DNA from: an uncultured Verrucomicrobia subdivision 3 bacterium
GTDB lineage: Bacteria; Verrucomicrobiota; Verrucomicrobiia; Limisphaerales; UBA11358
Length of the DNA: 64,000 nucleotides
Assembly (NCBI GenBank): GCA_903858275.1
Contig: CAIOIC010000033.1
Span: 3,994-67,993, forward strand
Direction of reading: 5' to 3'
Shown here: one piece after another, positions 47,126 through 56,427 of the stretch
Position numbering within the stretch: the first letter of the stretch is position 1
How the letters are laid out: each line of letters starts with the position of its first letter
Position numbers and translations under genes: made by a program
Notes under the pieces: model-generated
The model's input: the letters and a program-made list of their open reading frames with translations, nothing else
Told to the model about the DNA's origin: nothing
The model's database searches: none

Positions 47126-47604
47126 TCAGGCGTTATCCAGTAATCTTGACCTGCTGGTCTGTAAATTGGTTCCGGATTTTTGCCACACCATTCAACAGTC
47201 CGTTCGGTCAGATACTTGAATGCCTCGTCAGCGTCGTGCTTTTGAACTTTAATTTCTTCATCTCCATCCATCTCTGTGTCCAAATCTTCAGCAGCTAATC
47301 TCACTTGCTCTGCGGCATCCTTAATTTTTTGGACAGTTTGCGGGTCGAAAGTCTTCCGGTCAGCCAAATAATGCTTCAGAAATTTCACAAACTCACTGTG
47401 GTAATCACCTGGCTTCCAATTCACATTCCCATTTCGGTTGTATTCATCTTCTAACCTTCCGACGGCTCGAACGATTTCACCTTGAAGTGTTTCGGCATCG
47501 TTAGATAAAGGAACGAGTGTTTTCCATAGGTGCCCGAATTTTTCTTCGGCTGTTGGGCCAACTTCAGATTCTTTCTCAAATAGTTTTTTGAACCATTTCA
47601 TCAT
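47122..47604 (-). CDS. Hypothetical 160-aa acidic protein, A+T-rich gene
   Basis: ORF with ATGA overlaps at both ends (prfB stop with its start at 47601-47604; its stop with the trpC start at 47122-47125). No recognisable family. Confidence 0.6.
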   Translation of the reverse strand: MMKWFKKLFEKESEVGPTAEEKFGHLWKTLVPLSNDAETLQGEIVRAVGRLEDEYNRNGNVNWKPGDYHSEFVKFLKHYLADRKTFDPQTVQKIKDAAEQVRLAAEDLDTEMDGDEEIKVQKHDADEAFKYLTERTVEWCGKNPEPIYRPAGQDYWITPE

Positions 47605-48750
47605 TCCTCATCATCCTTCACGCCCTGCATCCGCTTGAGCGGGCAGCCGGCGCGGAGCCAGGCGTTCACGAACGGGTCAAGCGCGCCATCCATCACGGCT
47701 TGCACGTCGCTGGATTGTTCGCCGGTGCGCAAGTCTTTGACCATGCGATACGGCTGAAAAACGTAGCTGCGAATCTGGTTGCCCCACGAGATGCTGCCCT
47801 TGTCGCCATAGAAACGCTCCATCTCGCCCTTGGCTTGGTCCAGCTTCAGCGCGTAGAGCTTGGAAATAAGCATCTGCATCGCGGTGGCTTCGTTCTGCAC
47901 CTGACTGCGCTGGGCTTGCGAGGCGGCGACGAGGCCGGTCGGGATGTGCGTGAGACGCACGGCGGTTTCCACCTTGTTCACGTTCTGGCCGCCTTTGCCG
48001 CCGGAACGATAGGTGTCGCGACGAATTTCCGTTTTCGGAATAACTATGTCAGCTTCCACCAGATCGCTCAACTCCGCGACGATGTCCACGCTGGAAAAAC
48101 TAGTGTGCCGGCGCTTGTTGGAATCGAACGGCGAAATACGCACAAGCCGGTGAACGCCGCGCTCCGCCTTGCAAAATCCGTAGGCGTTCTCGCCTTCGAC
48201 GCGAAAAGTGACGCTCTTGAGGCCGGCCGAATCGCCTTCGAGCGCGTCGGTAACCTCCCATTTCCAGCCGCGCGAATCGAACCAACGGCCATACATGCGG
48301 GAAAGCATTTCCGCCCAGTCCTGAGCCTCGGTGCCGCCGGCGCCGGCGTTGATGGTGAAGATGCAGTTGCATTTGTCGTGCGGACCGCTGAGAAATGTTT
48401 TCAGCTCAAACGTGTCGAGTTCGGCGAGCAGCTTATTAACATCCACCGTCATCTCCGATTCAAGCTTGAGTTGCATCGCTTCCGGTTCGGCGGCGGCAAG
48501 TTCGAGCATGACCTGCAAATCTTCGACCTGCTTCCCAAAGCGAACGAGCGGTTCGAGGTTGTTGCGGATGCTGTTGGCTTCGTTGATGACCTTTTGCGCG
48601 GCTTCCTGGTTGTTCCAGAAAGATTCACCGATCATCTGCGATTCGAGTTCGGCGAGCCGTTGGTTCAATTTGGCAACGTCAAAGAAACCTCCGCAAGTGG
48701 GCGATCTTGTCGGCGGTGGTAGAAATTTGCGGTCTGACGATGTCGAACAT
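47601..48750 (-). CDS. prfB: Peptide chain release factor 2 (requires programmed +1 frameshift)
   Basis: ATG at 48750 gives MFDIVRPQISTTADKIAHLRRFL followed by an in-frame TGA. The +1 frame continues DVAKLNQRLAELES... with an SPF tripeptide ('RISPFDS') and GGQ ('SGGKGGQNVN'). Confidence 0.95.
48678..48684 (-). other. prfB: RF2 autoregulatory +1 frameshift site CTT TGA C
   Basis: Minus strand reads ...TTGCGGAGGTTTCTTTGACGTT...: an SD-like GGAGG lies 3 nt upstream of CTT-TGA-C. Confidence 0.9.
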
Positions 48751-48796
48751 CGGGGAACAATAAAGAATCCAGGAGCCAGAATCCAGCAGGGTTTTG

Positions 48797-48852
48797 GCCG
48801 CAGATGAAACACAGATTTTTTCCATCTGTGAAAATTTGCGATTATCTGCGGC
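48797..48852. promoter_or_regulatory. Nested double hairpin built from CACAGAT/CGCAGAT motifs upstream of prfB
   Basis: The outer 9-bp stem is GCCGCAGAT (48797-48805) with ATCTGCGGC (48844-48852). The inner 7-bp stem is CACAGAT (48810-48816) with ATCTGTG (48824-48830). Confidence 0.45.
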
Positions 48853-49069
48853 TAAAGCTCATCCTCACGTTCCGCGTAGAAAAGCTGGCAGGCGCGGGCA
48901 TAATCCGCTTCCGGCACAAAACCCGGGCGAGCCGGTTCAAATCGCCATCGTCCGGGGCGCTGGCATCCACAAAATCCTGCGAGGCAGGGATGCCGTGCTT
49001 TTCCAACATCACGACGAGCATCTCGGTGTTGTTGACCGGGCCGGTGTAGAACAGTTTCACGCTCCCCAA
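48852..49069 (-). pseudogene. DUF2007-like small protein, apparent frameshift at a T4 run (plus-strand A4 at 48918-48921)
   Basis: Frame A (ORF 48842..49069) gives (M)GSVKLFYTGPVNNTEMLVVMLEKHGIPASQDFVDASAPDDGDLNRLARV. Frame B (the tail of ORF 48852..49199) continues FVPEADYARACQLFYAEREDEL*. Only the fusion looks like a complete DUF2007-type beta-alpha-beta-beta-alpha-beta protein. Confidence 0.5.
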
Positions 49070-49075
49070 TTAAAC

Positions 49076-49102
49076 CATAGATGGGCACAGATAAACACAG
49101 AC
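49076..49102 (-). repeat. Three 10-bp-phased heptamers (plus strand CATAGAT, CACAGAT, CACAGAC) just upstream of the DUF2007-like gene
   Basis: Seen directly at 49076-49082, 49086-49092 and 49096-49102. The coding-strand reading is GTCTGTGtttATCTGTGcccATCTATG. Confidence 0.7.
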
Positions 49103-49246
49103 AGTGGAATCGCGAGAGCGGATCCGGCAAAGAAGGTTTCATCCAAGGGCTTGGAGCCATTGTGAATAACGGTTTGGTCTTGACGTTGGGATGAAACACT
49201 TTAACCTAGGAACTCAAAGTGGTATTGGCTGGTTCACCAGCGTGCG

Positions 49247-49279
49247 AAAGTCGGAGACACAGGTCTTTCCGACTTTTTT
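49247..49279 (+). terminator. Intrinsic-terminator-like hairpin in the nusA leader (candidate attenuator)
   Basis: AAAGTCGG-AGAC-acag-GTCT-tt-CCGACTTT followed by TTTG. Lies ~40 nt upstream of the nusA ATG (49320). Confidence 0.5.
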
Positions 49280-49319
49280 GTTCGCCAGAACCGGAGCTGA
49301 TGCCGCGCATTTGACTGAT

Positions 49320-50585
49320 ATGAATGCTGATTTTATTGCCGGATTAGAATTCTGGGAGCGCGAAAAAGGCGTCAGCCGTGAGGTCCTCATGGCTGCCGTC
49401 GAGGAAGCCTTGTTGCAGGCCGCCAAAAAAGCGGTCGGCCCCGCCCGTGAACTGCGCGTGGAGATGAACTCCAAGAACGGCGACATCAAGGCCTTCGCCA
49501 AACTCATCGTGGCGGATAAAGTCATCTCGCAGCACGACCAGATTTCCCTCTTTGACGCGCGCCGGATCAAGGCCGATGCAAAGGTCGGCGATGAAATTGA
49601 AAAGGAAGTCACGCCGCAGGGCTTCGGCCGCATTGCCGCGCAATACGCCAAACAAGCGTTGATGCAGAAGGTTCGGCAGGCCGAAAAAGCCATGCTGCTC
49701 ACCGAATACAAAGACCGCGTGGGCGATATCGTCAGCGGCACGGTGCGCCGGTTTGACCGCTCGGACGTGATTCTCGACCTCGGCAAATACGAGGCAGTCA
49801 TGCCCAACAAAGAGCGCGTTCCGACGGAGGAATACCAGGTGGGCGAACGCATCCGCTGCATCATCAAAGCCGTGCAGGAAGGCGAACGCGGCCCCGAAAT
49901 CATTTTGTCCCGCGCCGACACTAAGTTCATCGTGAAGCTGTTCCAACTGGAAGTTTCCGAGATCAACGACGGCACGATTGAGATCAAGGGCATCGCTCGC
50001 GAACCCGGTTTCCGCACGAAGATGGCGGTTTACTCCCGCGATTCAAAGGTGGACCCGGTCGGCGCGTGCGTCGGCCTGCGCGGCCAGCGCGTGAAGAATA
50101 TCGTCCGCGAGTTGAACAACGAAAAAGTGGACGTGATTCCGTGGTCTTCCGACGTGAAGGCATTCGTCACGAAAGCGCTCGAACCCGCCAAGATCAAGAG
50201 CATCGAGATGAACGAAGCCACGAAACGCGTGCATGTGCTCGTCGCGGAAGACCAGCTTTCGCTCGCCATCGGCAAGCGCGGGCAGAACGCCCGGCTCACG
50301 GCGCGGCTGACCGGTTGGGAAGTGGACATTGACGCGGAACACATCGTCACCAAAGGGTTTGACGAGAAGGTGGCCGAAGCGGTTGACCAGATTGCGGCGA
50401 TTCCCGGAATCACCCGCGAGCAGGCCGATGCGCTGGTGCATGCCGGCGTCACGCGGCTGGATGATTTATTGCAGGCGGAACCCGGCGACATCGCCGACAT
50501 CCCGCAAGTCGGTGAAAACGCAGCGGCCATTTTGACAGCCGCGCGCGCCGAGGCGGAACGCCGTTCGGTATCCGTGAAGAGTTGA
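49320..50585 (+). CDS. nusA: Transcription termination/antitermination factor NusA
   Basis: ATG at 49320 (MNADFIAGLEFWEREKGVSREVLMAAVEEAL...). S1 and two KH regions ('IGKRGQNARLTARLTGWEVDI'). Confidence 0.95.
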   Translation: MNADFIAGLEFWEREKGVSREVLMAAVEEALLQAAKKAVGPARELRVEMNSKNGDIKAFAKLIVADKVISQHDQISLFDARRIKADAKVGDEIEKEVTPQGFGRIAAQYAKQALMQKVRQAEKAMLLTEYKDRVGDIVSGTVRRFDRSDVILDLGKYEAVMPNKERVPTEEYQVGERIRCIIKAVQEGERGPEIILSRADTKFIVKLFQLEVSEINDGTIEIKGIAREPGFRTKMAVYSRDSKVDPVGACVGLRGQRVKNIVRELNNEKVDVIPWSSDVKAFVTKALEPAKIKSIEMNEATKRVHVLVAEDQLSLAIGKRGQNARLTARLTGWEVDIDAEHIVTKGFDEKVAEAVDQIAAIPGITREQADALVHAGVTRLDDLLQAEPGDIADIPQVGENAAAILTAARAEAERRSVSVKS

Positions 50586-50675
50586 TTTATGGCGCAGGCT
50601 GGAACAGTCCTTTGGATTGCGATTTCACCATGACGGCGAATCGTTCATTCCGGTTGGCGGCAGTGAAAAATATTT

Positions 50676-53144
50676 ATGCCTGTTCGTATCTACGACATTG
50701 CGAAGAAACTTGGACTCGAGAGCAAGGAAGTGCTCGTCAAGGCCAAGGAGTTGAGCATTGCCGCCGCCAAGGTCCCGTCCAGCTCGCTCGATAAAATCAG
50801 CGCCGAATGGCTTGAGGAAGAAATCATCAAGTCCAACCCTGCCGTCGCCGCCCGCCTGGCGCCAAAGCCGGTTGAGGAAAAACCCAAGCCCGCTCCCGTC
50901 GAGGAAAAAATCCAGATTATCCATGCGCCGGAACCGGAACCAGTCGTCGAAGTAATACCCGATCCGGCACCCGTCGAAGCCCCGCCCGCACCCGAACCCG
51001 TTGTCGTTGTAGAACCGACTCCGGCTCCCGCACCAGTCGTCGAAGCTCCCCAACCGGTTGCCCCCCCTGCCCTGCCAAAACCGGTGGTGCCTCCGGCTCC
51101 GCGCGTGGGCGACAAAGTTGGTTTCATCCAACTCGCTCCCCGCCCCGGCTCAACCCGTCCCGGCGAACGTGGCAGCGACCGCAATGCGCCAGCGCAACGA
51201 CCGCAGCCTGGGGCCCGCCCCGGCCAGCCGCCGCAGCGCAGCGATGGCCGCCCGCAATTTCAGCAGCGCGGCCGCGATGGCCGGCCGATCCAGAATTCGC
51301 CGCCGCCCCGCCCGACCGCCCCGCAACAACCCAAATTCTCGCTGCCGGCGGATGCCAAAATCATCACCATCAAGCCGCCCATTGTGGTGCGCGCTTTGGC
51401 CGAGGCGATGAATTTAAAACCGTTTTCAATCATCGCCGAGCTGATGAAGCAGAAGGTCATGGCGACCGTCAATCAGACGATTGACGAAAAAGTCGCCGCC
51501 CAGGTCTGCGCGCATTTCGGCTTTAAGTTTGAAGCGGAAAAACGCGCCAAGGGCGAAGGCGTCGTTCACACCACGGAGAAAAAAGTCGAGCTGGACGTGG
51601 ACGACAAGCCGGAAGATCTCAAGCCGCGCGCGCCGGTCGTGACCATCATGGGCCACGTTGACCACGGCAAAACCAGCCTGCTCGACGTCATCCGCAAGGC
51701 GAACGTCGTCGCGGGCGAAGCCGGCGGCATCACACAGCACATCGGCGCCTACACGATTGCCGTGCCGCATCCCGAGCGCAAAAAAGAGCTCGCGCAAATC
51801 ACGTTTCTCGACACGCCCGGCCACGCCGCCTTCAGCTCGATGCGCGCCCGCGGCGCAAATGTCACCGACATCGTGGTGCTCGTCGTCGCCGCGAACGACG
51901 GCGTCATGCCGCAGACCTTGGAAGCGCTCGCGCACGCAAGGGCGGCGAAAGTGCCGATTCTCGTCGCGGTCAACAAATGCGATCATCCGAACGCGAATGT
52001 GCTGCGAGTGCGCCAGCAGCTGCAGGAAAAAGGCCTCGTGCCGGACGATTGGGGCGGCGACACGATTTTCGTCGAATGTTCCGCGCTCACGAAACAGGGC
52101 ATTGATAAACTGCTTGAAATGATTTTGCTTCAGGCCGACTTGCTGGAGCTGAAGGCGAATCCGAACCGCAACGCCAAGGGCAACGTCATCGAATCCGGCG
52201 TTTCGCCCGGCGGCCCGACGGCGACGGTGCTGGTGCGGAAAGGCACCTTGCATCTCGGCGACGTGGTCATTTGCGGAGAGTTTTACGGCAAAGTCCGCGC
52301 GCTCATCAACGAGGAAGGCCAACGGCTCAAGGAAGCGGGTCCGTCGGTGGCCGTAAGCGTGTTGGGCTTGAACGGCGTGCCGGAAGCCGGCTGGGAATTC
52401 AGCTCGGTGGACGATGAAAAAGCCGCGCGAGCGCTCGCGGAAGATCGCGCGCAGGAAGCGAAAAGTCAGGATTTGGAAAGTCGTTCCAAGGTCACGCTGG
52501 AAAATTTGTTTGCCTCGCTCGAAGCCGCACAAAGCAAGGCCCTCAAGGTGGTCATCAAAGCGGACACGCAGGGCTCCGTCGAGGCGATTGTCGAAGCGCT
52601 CAAGAAAATCGAATCCGACAAGGTTTCGCTCGAAGTTTTGCACAGCGATGTTGGCACCATCACCGAAAACGATGTGGCTCTGGCGTCCGCTTCCAAGGCG
52701 GTCATCCTTGGTTTCCACACGCGGCTCGATAGCACGGCGGCGGAAAAGGCGAAGCACGCCAACGTGCAGATCAAACTTTACGCGATCATCTACGAATTGA
52801 TTGATCAGGTGAAGGATTCCATGGCCGGCCTGCTCGATCCTGACCTCAAGGAAACAGTCGTCGGCTCGGCGGAAGTGCGCCAGATTTTTGAATTGTCCAA
52901 GGGCATTCCCGTCGCCGGCTGCATGGTCAGCAGCGGTCGCATCGTGCGCGGCAAAGTCCGGGTGCGCCGCAAAAAAGATGTCATTTACGAAGGCGTCACC
53001 CAGTCGCTGCGCCGGTTCCAAGACGAAGTCAACGAAGTGCGCTCCGGCATGGAATGTGGTATCCGCATTGAAGGCTTTGGCGAATTTCAGGTGGGCGATG
53101 CCATTGAGTGTTACGCGATTGAGAAAGTCGCGGCGAAATTGTAA
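50676..53144 (+). CDS. infB: Translation initiation factor IF-2
   Basis: [13 protein letters not shown]..., a Pro/Ala-rich linker, and a GTPase domain with '[12 protein letters not shown]', 'DTPGH' and 'NKCD'. Confidence 0.97.
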   Translation: MPVRIYDIAKKLGLESKEVLVKAKELSIAAAKVPSSSLDKISAEWLEEEIIKSNPAVAARLAPKPVEEKPKPAPVEEKIQIIHAPEPEPVVEVIPDPAPVEAPPAPEPVVVVEPTPAPAPVVEAPQPVAPPALPKPVVPPAPRVGDKVGFIQLAPRPGSTRPGERGSDRNAPAQRPQPGARPGQPPQRSDGRPQFQQRGRDGRPIQNSPPPRPTAPQQPKFSLPADAKIITIKPPIVVRALAEAMNLKPFSIIAELMKQKVMATVNQTIDEKVAAQVCAHFGFKFEAEKRAKGEGVVHTTEKKVELDVDDKPEDLKPRAPVVTIMGHVDHGKTSLLDVIRKANVVAGEAGGITQHIGAYTIAVPHPERKKELAQITFLDTPGHAAFSSMRARGANVTDIVVLVVAANDGVMPQTLEALAHARAAKVPILVAVNKCDHPNANVLRVRQQLQEKGLVPDDWGGDTIFVECSALTKQGIDKLLEMILLQADLLELKANPNRNAKGNVIESGVSPGGPTATVLVRKGTLHLGDVVICGEFYGKVRALINEEGQRLKEAGPSVAVSVLGLNGVPEAGWEFSSVDDEKAARALAEDRAQEAKSQDLESRSKVTLENLFASLEAAQSKALKVVIKADTQGSVEAIVEALKKIESDKVSLEVLHSDVGTITENDVALASASKAVILGFHTRLDSTAAEKAKHANVQIKLYAIIYELIDQVKDSMAGLLDPDLKETVVGSAEVRQIFELSKGIPVAGCMVSSGRIVRGKVRVRRKKDVIYEGVTQSLRRFQDEVNEVRSGMECGIRIEGFGEFQVGDAIECYAIEKVAAKL

Positions 53145-53172
53145 CGCGCCGCGCAATTAAAGTTTAATTGCC

Positions 53173-53556
53173 ATGCCCAATGTCCGACATGAACGGGTGC
53201 GCGAACTGTTGAAACGCGCGATTGGCGAGGCTATCCGCCGAGAATTCAACGTCAGCGACGTCGGCCTCATCACGGTCAATGACATCGAGATGGGCGGCGA
53301 CCTGAAATCCGCCATTGTCTTCATCACGATTCTCGGCCACGCCGACCAGCAGAAATACGGCTTGCAGGTGCTGGAACAAAACCGCATCCGCATTCAGGGG
53401 CTCGTCGCCAAGTCCGTCATCCTCAAATACACCCCGACGCTTAAATTCATCGTGGACGACTCCATCGTGCGAGGCAACCGCGTGCTGCAGATTTTGGATG
53501 AATTGGAAAAGGATTCACCCACCACCAGCGGCCCGACGCTAGAACCGAAGCCGTGA
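53173..53556 (+). CDS. rbfA: Ribosome-binding factor A
   Basis: 127 aa; 'RHERVRELLKRAIGEAIRRE...' plus its position after infB. Confidence 0.9.
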   Translation: MPNVRHERVRELLKRAIGEAIRREFNVSDVGLITVNDIEMGGDLKSAIVFITILGHADQQKYGLQVLEQNRIRIQGLVAKSVILKYTPTLKFIVDDSIVRGNRVLQILDELEKDSPTTSGPTLEPKP

Positions 53557-54536
53557 AAAGTTATCCCAAAATCATTGATCGGATTCTCGAAATCGTCCGT
53601 GAAAATAAAACTTTTTGTATTGTCGGCCACGTCCGCCCCGACGGCGACTGCATCGGCTCGCAACTCGGCCTCGCCCTGGCCTTGAAAAACGAGGGTAAAA
53701 AAGTCACCGTCTGGAATCAGGATACCATCCCGCTGAAATATAAATTCCTCAACCTCGACGGACTGATAGAAAAACCCCATCGCGGCGAAAAGTTTGACTG
53801 TGTCATCGCCACCGATTGCGCGAGCTATGAGCGGCTCGGCAAGGCGGGGGATTGCGTCAAGGACCGGAAAATCCTCATCAACATCGACCATCACGCGAGC
53901 AATCCGCGCTATGGCGACGTGAACTGGGTTTCCCCGCGCGAGCCTTCCACAGGCGAATTGATTTACCGGCTGCTCAAGGTGGCGCGCTGGCCGATCACCA
54001 AGCCGATTGCCGATCTGCTGTTCGCGGCCATCTCGACGGATACGGGCTCGTTTCAATATCCCTCAACGCGGCCCGGCACTTTCCACGCCGGCGCGGAACT
54101 CGTCACGCGCGGCGCCAACCTCGCTAGAATTTGTGACGAAGTTTATCAATCCTATCCGCTTTCCCGCGCCAAACTGCTCAAGCACGTTTACAGCAAATTC
54201 CGCCTGACCGACAGCGACCGCATCGCCTGGCTCTGGCTGAAGAAAAAGGATTTCACCCGCACCGGCGCGGAAACCGACGACACCGAAGGCCTGATTGATC
54301 ATCTGCGCGCGATTGAACCGGTGGTCGTCGCCTGCGTGTTTGAGGAAGTGGAACCGGAACTGACGCGCATCAGCCTCCGCTCCAAAAGCGCGCTGGTGAA
54401 TGTGAACGAAATCGCCGGTCAATTTGGCGGGGGCGGTCATCCGGCCGCGGCGGGCGCGCGCATTGCCGGCACGCCGCTCGCCACGCAGCGCAAAGTCATT
54501 GCCGCCATCAAGCGCGCATTGAAGGCCGCGAAGTAA
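53553..54536 (+). CDS. nrnA: DHH/DHHA1 phosphoesterase (NrnA-like oligoribonuclease/pAp phosphatase)
   Basis: GTG start overlapping the rbfA stop. Motifs 'GHVRPDGDCIGS', 'NIDHHASN' and 'GGGGHPAAAG'. Confidence 0.8.
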   Translation: MKSYPKIIDRILEIVRENKTFCIVGHVRPDGDCIGSQLGLALALKNEGKKVTVWNQDTIPLKYKFLNLDGLIEKPHRGEKFDCVIATDCASYERLGKAGDCVKDRKILINIDHHASNPRYGDVNWVSPREPSTGELIYRLLKVARWPITKPIADLLFAAISTDTGSFQYPSTRPGTFHAGAELVTRGANLARICDEVYQSYPLSRAKLLKHVYSKFRLTDSDRIAWLWLKKKDFTRTGAETDDTEGLIDHLRAIEPVVVACVFEEVEPELTRISLRSKSALVNVNEIAGQFGGGGHPAAAGARIAGTPLATQRKVIAAIKRALKAAK

Positions 54537-54544
54537 TTTTTCCC

Positions 54545-55261
54545 ATGCAAGATTTCACCGCGCTCGACGGCGCCATTCTCGTTGACAAACCCCCCGGCCC
54601 CACCTCGCACGACGTGGTGGACGCCATCCGCCGCAAATTCGGCATCAAGAAGGTCGGCCACTGCGGCACACTTGATCCGAACGCCACCGGCCTGCTGATC
54701 ATTGTGCTCGGACGCGGCACGAAATTGTCCGAACGACTCATGGGCGACGACAAAGTTTACGAAGGCACAATCAAGTTTGGCGAAGCCACCGACAGTTACG
54801 ATTCCGATGGCGAACTGACCGCCTCCATGCCCGTGATGCCGATGACGCTGAACCAGCTGAACGAGGATGCCGCGACCTTCATCGGCGATTTGATGCAGGT
54901 GCCACCGATGGTTTCCGCCATCAAAAAGAACGGGGTGCCGCTTTACAAACTCGCACGCAAAGGCATTGAGGTGGAGCGCGAACCGCGCCTCATCCACATC
55001 TACAACTACCGTTTTACCGAATACACCGAGCCGCTGGGGAAATTCCGGGTGGCCTGCACCAAGGGCACTTACATTCGCAGCCTCGCACATGACCTGGGCC
55101 AGAAACTCGGCTGCGGCGCACATCTGACGGCGCTGCGCCGGAGCGCTTCGGGAAAATTTGATGTGGCCGAGGCGTTGCCGCTCGATACGATTTTGAAGCT
55201 GACCACGGCGGAACTGGAGAAGCGGGTGATGCCGTTTTTGAAACTCGCCGCCAATGCCTGA
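54545..55261 (+). CDS. truB: tRNA pseudouridine(55) synthase
   Basis: 'ILVDKPPGPTSHDVV' and 'GHCGTLDPNATGLL'. Confidence 0.93.
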   Translation: MQDFTALDGAILVDKPPGPTSHDVVDAIRRKFGIKKVGHCGTLDPNATGLLIIVLGRGTKLSERLMGDDKVYEGTIKFGEATDSYDSDGELTASMPVMPMTLNQLNEDAATFIGDLMQVPPMVSAIKKNGVPLYKLARKGIEVEREPRLIHIYNYRFTEYTEPLGKFRVACTKGTYIRSLAHDLGQKLGCGAHLTALRRSASGKFDVAEALPLDTILKLTTAELEKRVMPFLKLAANA

Positions 55262-55264
55262 CAT

Positions 55265-56185
55265 ATGAAAATCATTCACGCCGCCAAAGAAATAGCCCAT
55301 GGCAGCCGCAAGGTCGGTCTGGCGATCGGCGTGTTTGATGGCGTGCATCTGGGCCACCAGCAGATCATCCGCCAGACCGTTTCGGACGCACACGGACACG
55401 ACGCGCTCGCGCTAGTGGTGACTTTTGACAAGCACCCAAGCGCAATTGTCGCCCCGGACCGCGTGCCGCCGCAGATTTTTTCCCGTTCGCAAAAATTGCG
55501 CGCCATTGAGGCGCTCGGCGCGGAGGCGCTGCTGGAAATTCCATTCAACAAGGATTTCAGCGAAAAATCGGGCGAAGTTTTCATCCGCGAACTGGCGCGG
55601 GATGCGGGCACCATTCATAGCGTTTGTGTCGGTGCGGATTTTGTTTTCGGCCATAAACGGAGCGGCAATGTCGAACTGCTCAAGAAACTGGGAGCGGAAC
55701 TTTATTTTCGGGTTCACGGCATGGCCGAACTGGCGCTGGACGGCAAAACCGTGAGCAGCACGCGGATTCGCGAGGCCATCCGGACGGGCAATTGGGACGC
55801 GGCAAGCCAGATGCTGGGCCGCCCGTATGCAATTTGCGGCCGCATTGTGGAAGGCGACCGGCTGGGCCGGCAACTCGGGTTTCCGACGGCGAATCTGGAC
55901 GCGGCGAATCTGGTGCTGCCGCCGAAAGGCGTTTATGCGGCCAGCACCAAATTCAACGGGCAGGTTTACCATGTGGCACTGAACATCGGCACCCGCCCGA
56001 CGGTGGCGGCGGGTCCACAGTTGCGCGTGGAGGCGCACCTGCTGGATTTCGCCGGGGACCTTTACCACACGGAGCTGGAGATGGAAATCAGCTCTAAATT
56101 GAGGAATGAGCAGCGATTTGCCTCGCCGGAGGCGCTAAAGGAGCAGATTGCACGGGATGTGGCCGCGGTGCGGTCCAGGATTTGA
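55265..56185 (+). CDS. ribF: Bifunctional riboflavin kinase/FAD synthetase
   Basis: 'IGVFDGVHLGHQ', 'SSTRIREA', 'GRQLGFPTANL'. Confidence 0.93.
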   Translation: MKIIHAAKEIAHGSRKVGLAIGVFDGVHLGHQQIIRQTVSDAHGHDALALVVTFDKHPSAIVAPDRVPPQIFSRSQKLRAIEALGAEALLEIPFNKDFSEKSGEVFIRELARDAGTIHSVCVGADFVFGHKRSGNVELLKKLGAELYFRVHGMAELALDGKTVSSTRIREAIRTGNWDAASQMLGRPYAICGRIVEGDRLGRQLGFPTANLDAANLVLPPKGVYAASTKFNGQVYHVALNIGTRPTVAAGPQLRVEAHLLDFAGDLYHTELEMEISSKLRNEQRFASPEALKEQIARDVAAVRSRI

Positions 56186-56427
56186 CCACGTTTGACAAAT
56201 AATTGCCTGCACGCTTGTTGCCGCCGGCATTTTATCCGCCAACAAACCCAAAGAAGGGAAGATTATCCTTGAAATTTGCCGCAAAAAGAGTAGCATGACT
56301 GCGCGTCAGTCTTCTGGTGTTCGCAGTTCCAGCTTCACAGCCAAGAACGCGGGTGGTTTTCAGAAGCGCATTATTGTGTCCGGTGGTCATTTTTTCCTGA
56401 ACTGGCGTGGATTTAGTCTGATTATTT

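Noticed and set aside
49191-49319. 43-codon N-terminal extension of NusA from the ATG at 49191
   Set aside because: The conserved NusA N-terminus begins at the ATG at 49320. The extension would have to encode through a terminator-like hairpin and has no NusA similarity.
51426-53156. 576-aa minus-strand ORF
   Set aside because: It is antisense to infB, whose GTPase motifs are unambiguous. Likewise 44278..45351 opposite the SurA-like gene and 47700..48722 opposite prfB.
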